From the NCBI GenBank assembly GCA_043228905.1, contig JBHGNT010001199.1, positions 1 through 11,020 of the forward strand: a stretch of 11,020 nt of DNA, written 5' to 3'. The position numbers were made by a program, and so were the translations under genes. Positions 1 through 8,876 of the stretch are shown here, in pieces (the first letter of the stretch is position 1; the number at the start of each line of letters is the position of its first letter). This DNA comes from Azolla caroliniana (Eukaryota > Plantae > Polypodiophyta). The notes beneath the pieces are model-generated. The model was not told the DNA's origin. It ran no database searches and saw only the letters and a list, made by a program, of their open reading frames with translations.

Positions 1-469
1 CAAATAAAGCAATGACATTGCTGTCACAAGAGGCCGACTAAAAGGAAAGGTATACACAACCAACAAGGCAGAATTGTGAAGGATTTTGGGATTGGGTCGA
101 TAATGCGAGAAGAGATGCCAAAACATGGTAAATCAAGAAGGAAACTCTAATAAAGAGTAAGAGCAAGGTTTAGTAGTGAAGCCTATGGCATAATGTAATG
201 AATGCAATGTTGTTAGTTAGTGGAAGCTTTCTTCATCATCATCTTTCTTGTTTGGGTGTTCCTACCTATTCTTGTCATTTTGTTGAGGGATACTTAGTAG
301 GTTGTCATTGTTTCGGTTGTTCTGCAGTTGTTAGCTAGAAGATTAGCTTTGATCAAACAATTCTTGGCTATACCCCCTATGTATTTAATGCACAAATGGC
401 TTATCAGTTGCATCCCAATTCTTTCTTCTTGATTCTAATATAAAGTCATTATTTGCTTTCTTTTGGTAG

Positions 470-657
470 GGTCTTTTGAAGGGATGGTATATCTATCCCT
501 ATATTTGGCTGGAAAACTCCAACTTTTCAAATGGCGAGCGCATGTGTCTAGAGTTATCATAGTTCTGGCTCCACTTATGATTGCACTATTAGTAGGCCTT
601 TCCCGAGTCGATGACTATCGACATCATTGGCAATATGTGTTTGAAGGGGCCCTCATA
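470..657 (+). pseudogene. LPP: Lipid phosphate phosphatase (PAP2/LPP family) exon carrying the end of motif C2 and all of motif C3; probably non-functional
   Basis: Pyrimidine tract and AG acceptor at 468-469. Translation (W)SFEGMVYLSLYLAGKLQLF...HVSRVIIVLAPLMIALLVGLSRVDDYRHHWQYVFEGALI matches the plant LPP pattern WSFAGLGFLSLYL.GK...GHVAKL.IV..PL..A.LVG.SRVDDYWHHWQDVFAG. GTATGC donor at 658. The Asp of SRx5Hx3D is Tyr. Confidence 0.88.
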
Positions 658-724
658 GTATGCCACCATGGTCTGTACTATATGCTAATTTCCCTAACAT
701 TGTTTCGGCATAAGTTTCATACTC

Positions 725-742
725 CACACACACACACACACA
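725..742. repeat. (CA)9 microsatellite in the LPP intron
   Basis: Read directly from the sequence. Confidence 0.95.
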
Positions 743-756
743 TTGTGTTTTTGCAG

Positions 757-816
757 GGTCAGGAATGGTAGATGTGTGTTACCATCACTTCTTTCCTTCA
801 ACCTTCCATGCAACGG
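757..816 (+). pseudogene. LPP: Next 60-nt LPP exon (not in the ORF track)
   Basis: TTTTTGCAG acceptor ends at 756 and GTAAGC donor starts at 817. Reads (G)SGMVDVCYHHFFPSTFHAT(G), matching the plant LPP G....FCYLQFFP.P....G segment. Confidence 0.82.
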
Positions 817-884
817 GTAAGCAACAATAAACTCAATGTTGGTGAGAAGTATAAAATTTAATATGTGGAAGCTTAGATAAACTG

Positions 885-1180
885 GTTCAGTCGGATAACA
901 ACCCTTTAGCACATCAAATCATGTTTGGATGTTGGCCTTTTTCTTCTGGTCGGCTCTGTCCTTCTTGACTTTGTTGCCGTCGCCGCTTGTTCCAACTTTA
1001 TCAGATGTGCCGACTTCTTCAATCGACCTGGCTACCTTTTTCTTCTTTTCTCCCCCTGTCTCTCCGGCTCTTTGTCTGGTGCCATTATTTGTTTACCCGT
1101 TCCGTTTTCCTCCTTTCTCCCCCTCAAGTGTGGCATGTCGAGATGTTGAACTTCAAGCATCTTCGAGAAATGTTGCAACT
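885..1180 (-). mobile_element. Ty1/Copia fragment (D): end of pol/RNase H plus purine-rich 3' extension; boundaries approximate
   Basis: Minus strand reads LQHFSKMLEVQHLDMPHLRGR, which aligns with the post-RNase H tail of element C (HTQFRNMMGVVDTDM). Contains CTTGAGGGGGAG (1117-1128), identical to the PPT of element C (9292-9303). GC/CpG-richer than its flanks. Confidence 0.65.
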
Positions 1181-1773
1181 AAGGATTTTTCATAAAGTAA
1201 ACATTTTTGTCATGCATACTGTTCAAAAGAAATCTCTTTATGGGTACAAATTAGTAATAGTGGTGTCGTATGCCATATCATTTAAAAAGTAATCAACAAA
1301 TTTTATGAGGTGCACTCCATAGATTACGATGTCTCAACCTTAAAGGCAATTGATCTCTTATCACATATGACACTGAGTTAGGTAGTGAGTAATAAAATCA
1401 TGTCAAGACTAATGAAAAAGGGGGTTTAAAACTCCTTTTTTCATGGTTCTATATAGGGAAGTCATTAGTAAAAGCGTTTGTTCAAATAGGGATGCATACA
1501 TATATACAAACATATATAAATGTATTGGTACATTGGGTTATACATCAACACGGTCTTTGTCAAAAAGGTGTTTCTAAACCATTGTGTCCTAGGTTTCATA
1601 ATGCTACACATCCTTATACCTTTGTATAAAGCTAAGACAATCACATAAGACAACCATAACAATCTATTTATAAACAATCCTTAGATATTATATACCCAAA
1701 GGATTATTGTCACCTTTGGTGCAACAAAGAAAGACTTGAAATGCAAAGTTGGAGAACAATGAAAAGCTATGAG

Positions 1774-1863
1774 AAAAACAAGATGATGAGATAGAAGAGG
1801 TTGATGTTGTCACTTGTTCGCACGTGACAACATCAACCTCTAATATCTCATCATCTTGTTTTT
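1774..1863. repeat. Inverted repeat with 40-bp arms (1774-1813 / 1824-1863), 38/40 identical, 10-nt spacer
   Basis: AAAAACAAGATGATGAGATAgaAGAGGTTGATGTTGTCAC versus the reverse complement of the right arm, AAAAACAAGATGATGAGATAttAGAGGTTGATGTTGTCAC. Confidence 0.95.
1795..1808 (+). repeat. LINE target-site duplication, left copy (right copy 3380-3393)
   Basis: Exact 14-bp match AAGAGGTTGATGTT; the right copy directly follows the A-tail. Confidence 0.88.
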
Positions 1864-3379
1864 TGATGCTAGCGCAACTTAAGGGCCTAACATGGGGAAA
1901 GCTGGCACAAACAAGCCTCCTATCTATAGATGATTGGAGACACATGGCTGTTTTAGGAAGAGCCAAAGAGGACCTTTTCCCTCCCCTCAAGGGAGCTACG
2001 AAAATGCGGAGACTGATAGTTGAGGCAGTTGACAGGATTCCGATGGGGGAGGCGAGAGAACATGCATGGTTCGGTCTCTTTGACGAGGTTGGAATGGTCA
2101 AGTCGCTAAAGGGTGTGAGCGGATCGGGGAGAGAGTCATTTTTTGGGGACAGTCAAAGCAGGGCCTCTTGGCACCCAATCTGAGTGGTGGCACAGGTTGA
2201 CAACACTTGGAAGATAGACCCGGATGTTGCTAAGTTGGAACCCCATTGGAGGTTAAGGGTATACGGCTATCGCCCCCTTGTCGATCTGGATTGGGACCCA
2301 GAGGATTTCAGATGGAAACATGACAATAGACTCCATCACTTCTTCGATTACACTACTAAATTGGGTCAGACTTTGTAGCTGCAGCTACGCAGCCCCCTTC
2401 GCAATGGCTGGCAAACATTGGGCATCCCCGATGAGGTGCTCATTACCTTTTGGAAGGGTCTCTGGTGTCTCCACATGCATGAAAAGATCAAGCTCTTTTG
2501 GTGGCAGATCGGTCATAATGTGGTGCCCGTTGGCGAATGGCTAGATAAACGTGGCGGCCTGTTAGGCTGCCCACTGTGCTCTCGACCTATTGAGACTCTG
2601 AGACATTGTCTGTGGGATCGCTCTCAAGCTCAAAAGGTATGGGAAAGAGTGACTCGCCTCCTTGTGGCATGTGAAGTTGAAGGAACAACCTCGTGGAGCG
2701 CTGCGGCATGGATTGATCACTCGGTCGAAGGGTGGACGGACACCGTCAATGCGGATAGTTGGTGCTATGTATGCACGAGAGGCAAAATCGTCAAGATCCG
2801 TTTTGAAAGAGGCTTGCAACCCGCATCCCCTAGGTTCCCAGAAATCTAGATGTTGATCGCAGGTTTCACCTTGTGGTATATATGGAAAGCGCGTTGCCTC
2901 AAGGTTTTCCAAGGTACGGTACGACCCCCGGAGGAAGTGATCATGGACATATGGTTCGCGCTTATTAGCTGCCTACGAGGGCAACTGGAAGAGGTTTTTA
3001 GCCACTCCAACGACGTGGTTTCTGCCCGTTTGCGCTTTTGGTAGAAATGGCGGAACACACCTATGGTGATGCAAGGCGGGAGTGGCCCGAGGTGGAACTA
3101 CCAGGCCCCACGTTGGCTGTTTCCTACTCACCTGCCACCCTCTCTTTGTTGTAGGCCCCAAGAGCCGACTCGTACTAGGCAACATTGAAGGGCATCGCCT
3201 TAGATATAGGTAGCTTCTTACATTAAGTTAGGCCGCAAGGCATTGTAAGTAGGCTCATTTTCTTTTACTTGATCGGAGGAAGACTCCCTGATGTGTGTAT
3301 AAGTCTCCTTGTAGACTCTCTATGTAATAATCCTTCCTAACTAATGGGAAAGTAGCTTCATTTTGGAGAAAAAAAGAAA
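1809..3379 (+). mobile_element. 5'-truncated L1-type LINE insertion (junction filler, ORF2 3' end, 3' UTR, A-rich tail)
   Basis: 14-bp direct repeat AAGAGGTTGATGTT at 1795-1808 and 3380-3393. A-rich tail at ~3367-3379. ORF2 C-terminal motifs inside. GC-rich relative to flanks. Confidence 0.9.
1864..3188 (+). pseudogene. LINE ORF2 C-terminal remnant with zf-RVT-type zinc-binding region
   Basis: ORFs 1824-2183, 2184-2378, 2418-2849 and 2850-3044 share one frame, broken by stops at 2181, 2376, 2847 and 3042; the frame continues to TGA at 3186-3188. Motifs: KIKLFWWQIGHNVVP...CPLCSRPIETLRHCLWD(R)...AQKVW and LWYIWKAR. Confidence 0.88.
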
Positions 3380-3960
3380 AAGAGGTTGATGTTAATGTGA
3401 TGTAAATGAAGTACATCACTGTTCTCTCCTTACTGAATTAACATTGAATTAAGTTATTCCTCATATTAAATAGTTTGCCACAATGCACAATAACCAAGAT
3501 TGCAATTCCATTTATGTGTGGATTAAACTACTACATTCCTCCCATTAGACGAAAGAAGAAATGCATGATAAAAAAAAAATGTCTCTGTGCACAAAGTGGA
3601 AATTTGGGTTGAATGGAGGCTTGAGGATTCATAGGTTTGTGATGTCCATATGAAAGACAAGAATGATGCAAATATGAGATATAAATGTATTTTTGGCAAT
3701 GGAAATATGTAGGGGTATTAGAAAATATCTTTATTCATGAAGGGAAACTTGTATATTATAATAACAAAACCATGAGATGAAGTTATATCAAATTTGGGAC
3801 GTAAACATAAATTTTGTATACAAAATGACAGTGTATGCATATTTTCGCAAAGCTATTTTTTTATGTCAAAAAAGATAAATGTATTGAATTTGAATTTGTA
3901 ACAAATCAAACAAATATGATTCCTTCATGAATACAACTTAATACAAAGGCCATCTTTGTC

Positions 3961-4036
3961 GTTACCAATGAAAAGTGGAAGGTAGTATGGTTATGTGAGT
4001 TACCAATGAAGAGTGGAATGTAGTAAGGTTATGCGA
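3961..4036. repeat. 38-bp tandem duplication, two copies, 34/38 identical
   Basis: GTTACCAATGAAAAGTGGAAGGTAGTATGGTTATGTGA followed by GTTACCAATGAAGAGTGGAATGTAGTAAGGTTATGCGA. Confidence 0.92.
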
Positions 4037-4914
4037 AGATGTAGATTGCAAGGTTTTATTGTAAACACTAGAATAATGTTATAGACTCTTGACACGCGTA
4101 CAAATGTAGATATTGAGAGGCTAAATGCATAACAATGTTGCAAATCTCAATGTATATAAGTTGGGGACGTCTGCCCCGATTGAATTTGCCTCATAATGAT
4201 GTTGCAATATACTTCAACAAGTTAATGAAGCTAAAGCATACCTAGTATAATATACTATTCTATTGAACCATGGATATCATGGTAATCCAAGGATTAGAGT
4301 AAAGCACTTCACTTTGATCCCATGTAGAAGAGAGAAAAAAGACTCTAGTCTAGAGTTAGGAACATTGAAAAAGCACCCTTGGAAAGACCATAGCTTTCCT
4401 CCTTACAATTTAAGCGTTGCACTTCTCTTTGTCCTTTTCACATGATGAAGACACAAGATGTTTATATAGGTTTTAAAAATTCACATTCTTTTGTCAAATG
4501 TCAATGCCAATGTTCGGAAAGTGTACGTTGTCAAGCATAAGATGGGAAATTAATAACCCCTTTTGCCGCCGACTTGATGAGTGTATTTAGCCTGTTGTTA
4601 CTTCTTTTCCTTAGTTTCTTTATCGTCTTTAAGTGTACTCTTGTTTTGTATCCAATCCCACTATTGCCCTAGTTCTCTTCTTGGTTTTGTTCTTTTCCCC
4701 TTTGCCCTCTTTGTTTTTGGACATGTGTTAGTGGTTCATCGAGTTTCTTCTTCAATTTGTGCCTCCATCTCTCCCTCTCTATATACATATGGATTTTAAC
4801 ATTATATAAATGTATGAGAGAAAAAAAGCTATTTCATATTATTTGTGCTTAATCTTAATTAGATTGAAACATATATTCATCCTATGCATAAAAATATTTT
4901 GTTCGGGATATGAT

Positions 4915-6665
4915 TTGATTGAGAATTATCACTGTAGGTGATCACGTCAAGAGTCAGATCTTGAATAAATTGACCGGACCATAATCACAGTCAAGTCATC
5001 AAAGCTCGACTTGCAACGATGAAGACTTAGACGTGGTATTACCAAGAACCCAACATTGACAAACTTAAGGCAAGTCGAAGATGCCCAAATATGAAATCGG
5101 TAACATGATCTTCAACAATAACGATTCTAACCATGGCTTAACGACTTAACGGCTTAACTGTTTAACGGTTTAGTTCGGTTCAGGTTTACGTTTGTTTTAA
5201 TGGTTTGGTTTCAGTTATGTTCAGTTTGGGGGTCAACGGTTCGGTTCAAATGGTTTGAAACCGTGTTTTGAATGGTTTAAAAGGTTCAAATAGTTGCCAC
5301 TTGATTATTTTCTTAAATATTTTTCTAAACAACCTTTTTCATTTTTAAGCCTAATTCTCACATTTTAGGAAAAAAAATATTAAAATTTGAAATATTGAAA
5401 GATTTAGAATTTTAAAATTGAACACTGAAATTTCATCTAACTTGAAAACTGGAACAGAACCGTGAAACCACGGTTTTATTGGTTTAATGGTTTGAAAATC
5501 TCTAAAACTGTTGGTTTGAGTTTGGATTTATTTTAACAATTTGGTTTAAATTCTTTCATGGTTTGGTTTGGTTTGGTTTTTAACGATTTGAATTTGACAC
5601 CCTCGAACCCAACCCAACCGAATTGAACGATTGAGGATTGTTAAATCCAAAAGCTTGCCCTGATCACTCTACAATGCGTTTGGTGTACCCATCATGTGGA
5701 CACCAATAGTTCAGAAGGTCCATGAATTGGAAAATGATAAGTCTTGCGAGTCAATTCGGTAGAAGAACCAGACTGTGAGGTCAGTTACAATGACTACATG
5801 TCACCATCATTATGCGTTCATGCTGAAGGAGGCAACTGTTCAAGAACCAAAAAGCTTCGCCGAAGAAACTCAACATCCCCAATGGAGGAGATGTAAGCAT
5901 TGTTCAACAGTGACACATGGGACCTTGTTCCATCCTCAGAGGAAAAAGACGACAATTAGTTGCTGATGGGTGTACAAAATTAAGTACAATGCTGATGGCA
6001 CCATCAAGCGATACAAAGCTCGACATGTAGCAAAAGGCTACGCTCAAATAGACAGGATTGACTACAAGGAGACCATTGCTCTAGTGGCAAATATCTCAAC
6101 AATATGCACTATACTAGCGATCACGACAACTAAAGGGTGCAGTCTTCGCTAGATGGACGTGAAGAACGCTTCCCTCTAGGGGGAGATGGAAGAAGAAGTG
6201 TAAATGCTACAACTTCTTGCATTTAAGTCTAACGTATCCCGACGTGCAATATGTTGACTAAAGAAGTCTCTGTATGGCTTGAAACAAGCTCCAAGGGCGC
6301 GATATTCGAAGATAACACAACATCTTCATCGAATCAACTTTGAAGTTTCAAAATATGACAACTCATTGTACTATGTTTCAAATAGTAATCATCTTGTATG
6401 TTAAAGACCTAGTTATATGAAGAGAAAGCCTTGAGGAGATCAAGTAGATGAAAACATAGCTTTCTAGCAAGTTTGAGATGAAGAATATGGATGAGCTCCA
6501 TTACTTCTTGGTAATTGATGTCATCTGAACACCGAACAGGATCTTACTCGCACACCACCTGTTACATTTTGAACTTGCTATTCAAATTCAACATGGTTAA
6601 GTGTAAGCCCATCTCGACCCCTCTTGATTGCAACATAAAGTTGCACGAATACTATGGAAACACGT
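4915..6665 (+). mobile_element. Heavily degraded Ty1/Copia pol relic (A): integrase-RT linker and reverse transcriptase
   Basis: Linker pieces LTGP*, GKSKMPKYE and HYAFMLKEATVQEP match element B's LSGPQ, GKAKMSECE and HYAFMMKMAIVREP. RT motifs WVYKIKYNADG...YKAR.VAKGYAQ, MDVKNA, LKKSLYGLKQAPRA, YVKD (6397-6408, decayed YVDD) and CKPISTPLD. Many stops and frameshifts. Left edge approximate. Confidence 0.9.
5132..5650. mobile_element. Non-coding MITE-like insert (possibly hAT-related) interrupting Copia A
   Basis: Copia linker homology stops at ~5131 and resumes at ~5660. The insert has many GGTT(T/C), AACC and TTAACG motifs near both ends around an AT-rich core. No clean TIR or TSD identified. 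Confidence 0.6.
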
Positions 6666-6865
6666 TTTCTTGATGTGGGGTGCACATAGGAGGAAATAAA
6701 TTAAACTACAAATATAAAAAGGTTGAATGATAAAGCTAAGGTGTGGTATGAAGGACAAGTAACATGTTGCATTTAATTTAAACACTAAAAAAGACTTTGC
6801 TCAATTGCGAAGAGATTGGGTAAAGAATCAAGAGATGGATTCTATGCAGCGGAAGAGATTTGAAC

Positions 6866-6910
6866 TGTGTGTGTGTATGAGAGAGAGAGAGAGAGAGTGA
6901 GAGAGAGAGA
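6866..6910. repeat. Compound (TG)n/(GA)n microsatellite within LTR B
   Basis: Read directly from the sequence. Confidence 0.92.
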
Positions 6911-6997
6911 CAAGGAATAAGACACAGAGAATACGCAAGGTAAAGTATATTAACAAAGGAGAAAGACTCAACATTGTACAAGGTGGGAGGAGGGTGC

Positions 6998-7005
6998 TTT
7001 ATATA
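6998..7005 (-). promoter_or_regulatory. TATA box of LTR B
   Basis: CTATATAAA on the minus strand inside the LTR, followed by a pyrimidine-rich tract. Confidence 0.6.
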
Positions 7006-7215
7006 GTCACCCTCTCACTTCATTAACTACAAGACTCATGGAGCATGGTGAATGTGAAAGCTCACAAGTTATGTGTCATAGAATATGATTCTATGACTCA
7101 TACTAAATGCTAGAATAAAAAGTGGTGACATAATGGTGACTCTTGACCGTTGGAGTGTCTATTCACTCTCAAGGTGAGTTCACACACTAGACCAAGTTGA
7201 ACTTGATTCTCAACA

Positions 7216-7228
7216 TGCCCCCTCAAGC
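7216..7228 (-). other. Polypurine tract of Copia B
   Basis: GCTTGAGGGGGCA directly before TGTTG. Confidence 0.85.
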
Positions 7229-7245
7229 TCAAGTCAGGTCACTTT

Positions 7246-8876
7246 TCAGACGGTATCCGATATCCGCTTCAACTCGCATTCCGGACTCCGCGTCGACTCG
7301 TGTCGACTCGCATTTATGCGAAGTTGCGGAATCCGTGCTCTAGCTTGCGTTGTGCATATACCGAACTTGTATAACAAGTTGAGGATGTAGTGTCGTTGAG
7401 AGACCATGATTCCGGCCGGGGATTGAATTACCTCGATGTCGAGGAAGTAGTGGAGCTTCTTCATGTCCGTCATCTCGAACTTGTCGGAAAGGAGGGATTT
7501 GACCTTATTGATTTCGATGAGATGCTCACCTCCAATGACTAGGTCATCCACATATAAGATGATGACAAGTGGACTTGTGGAATCGCTTGGTATGTAGAGG
7601 GAGTTGTCTGATTTTAACACACGGAAGCCGATTTGATGAAGACATTGCGTTATCTTTGAATGCCAAGCACGCGGTGCTTGCTTGAGGCCGTAGAGTGGCT
7701 TCTTGAGTCGGCATACAAATTTCAAATGAGTGCTCGAGTTGAAGCCGGGTGGTTGTATCATGTACACCTCCTCTTCTAATTCTCCTTGTAGAAAGGCGTT
7801 CTTAAAGTCCATTTCATGGAGGTGCCACCCTTTCGCCGCGACAAGCGCAATTATGGTCCGTACCGTTGTCATCTTTGCCACTGGGGCAAAGGTCTCCTCG
7901 TAGTCAACTTCGTGCGTTTGTGCGTAGCCTTTTGCTATGAGTCGCGCTTTGTAGCGGTTGACGGAACCGTCGGCGTTGCACTTCACTTTGTAAATCCATC
8001 TGCATCCAATCGCCTTTTTGTGTGGTGAGGTGGGAACGAGATCACACGTCTCATTCTTGCGGCGTGCCTGCATCTCGTCGTTCATGGCTTCGATCCATCA
8101 CGGATCCTTGGCTGCTTTGGAAAATGTTTCCGGCTCACGTACTATCGCCATCTTCATCATAAAGGCATAGTGATATGCCATGTAGTCATTGTAGCCGAAT
8201 CGACTGACTGAATTCTTTTCACGGGTGGAGCGACGGAGCTTTTCATTTGCAGATATGAGGGCTTTCTCAGCTCCGATTGGTACATCGAAGCCGCCGAACT
8301 CACTGCCGAGTGAGTGAGTTGACTCATCGTCATCGAAGCGATCGTCTTCGCATTCCGACATTTTCGCCTTGCCTTTGTCCATCTTCGGGCTAGGCCGTGA
8401 TGTGCTTTGATCGCTCAAAGGCTCTTGTGGTCCGCTCAATCGGGTCGTGATCGGACTTTCTTCGAACATGCGCGTAAGATGATCTTCATCCTCTATCTCT
8501 TGTTCAGCGGATTCCGGGTCGAGCGGAGTCGGAGTCGAAGTTGTTTCTGGTGCGTACTAGGATGCAAACTTGTCAAATAAGACGTCTCGACTTACTCGAG
8601 ATTTTCGAGTTGAGGGGTTGTAGCACTTGTGCACTTTTACCCCTTTTGCTCCAGTGAGTTCCTACGAGGATACATTTCACTGACTTTGGGTCAAGCTTTT
8701 GACGCTTCTCGTCGGGGATGTGCACGTATGCTATTGCGCCAAATATCCGGGTGTGCGATAAGTCTGGCTTCTTACCGAAGTATTTTTCGTGTGGAGTGAC
8801 CTCGTGCACTCCGGATGTTGTGTACCGGTTCATGAGGTAGACGACCGTATTTGCAGCTTCGGCCCAATATGACTTG
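7246..8876 (-). pseudogene. pol: Copia B pol remnant (integrase C-terminus/SH3-like region, linker, RT)
   Basis: YWAEAANTVVYLMNR...TPHEKYFGKKPDLSH.RIFG...KLDPKS.KCI.VG. Frameshifts at ~8623-8660, in-frame stops at ~8558 and 8098-8100. RT motifs YKARLIAKGYAQ, LYGLKQAPRAW and YVDD (7543-7554). Confidence 0.92.

Larger units (their letters stand above)
6671..7215 (-). repeat. 3' LTR of Copia B (about 545 bp; distal end uncertain, 6671 or 6674)
   Basis: Starts TGTTGAGAA immediately after the PPT. Has a TATA box and a downstream CT/CA tract. Ends ...CATCA just where Copia A homology begins. Confidence 0.72.
6671..8876 (-). mobile_element. Ty1/Copia element B (3' part): integrase C-terminus, linker, RT, PPT and 3' LTR; RNase H deleted
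   Basis: Copia domain order integrase then RT. PPT abuts a TGTTG LTR start at 7215. Interrupted at 8876 by the LTR of element C. Confidence 0.92.

Noticed and set aside
463-771. 102-aa ORF as a complete gene
   Set aside because: It is an LPP exon reading through a 99-nt intron with a CA repeat (HTHTH); the start is a TTG inside the acceptor region.
925-1292. Three overlapping hydrophobic plus-strand ORFs resembling membrane peptides
   Set aside because: They are antisense to a purine-rich Copia tail; pyrimidine richness suppresses stops and yields F/L/S-rich translations.
1774-1863. Hairpin as a conserved miRNA precursor or terminator
   Set aside because: One arm lies inside the TSD-bounded insertion, so a junction by-product explains it. 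I recognise no known miRNA in it.
1688-2101. 137-aa minus-strand ORF
   Set aside because: It crosses the LINE junction and hairpin and is a chimera of antisense LINE and flank sequence.
3961-4036. 38-bp repeats as a CRISPR-like array
   Set aside because: Only two adjacent copies, no spacers, no cas genes, eukaryotic context.
5160-5625. Telomere-like repeats
   Set aside because: The motifs are GGTTT/GGTTC variants, not tandem TTTAGGG.
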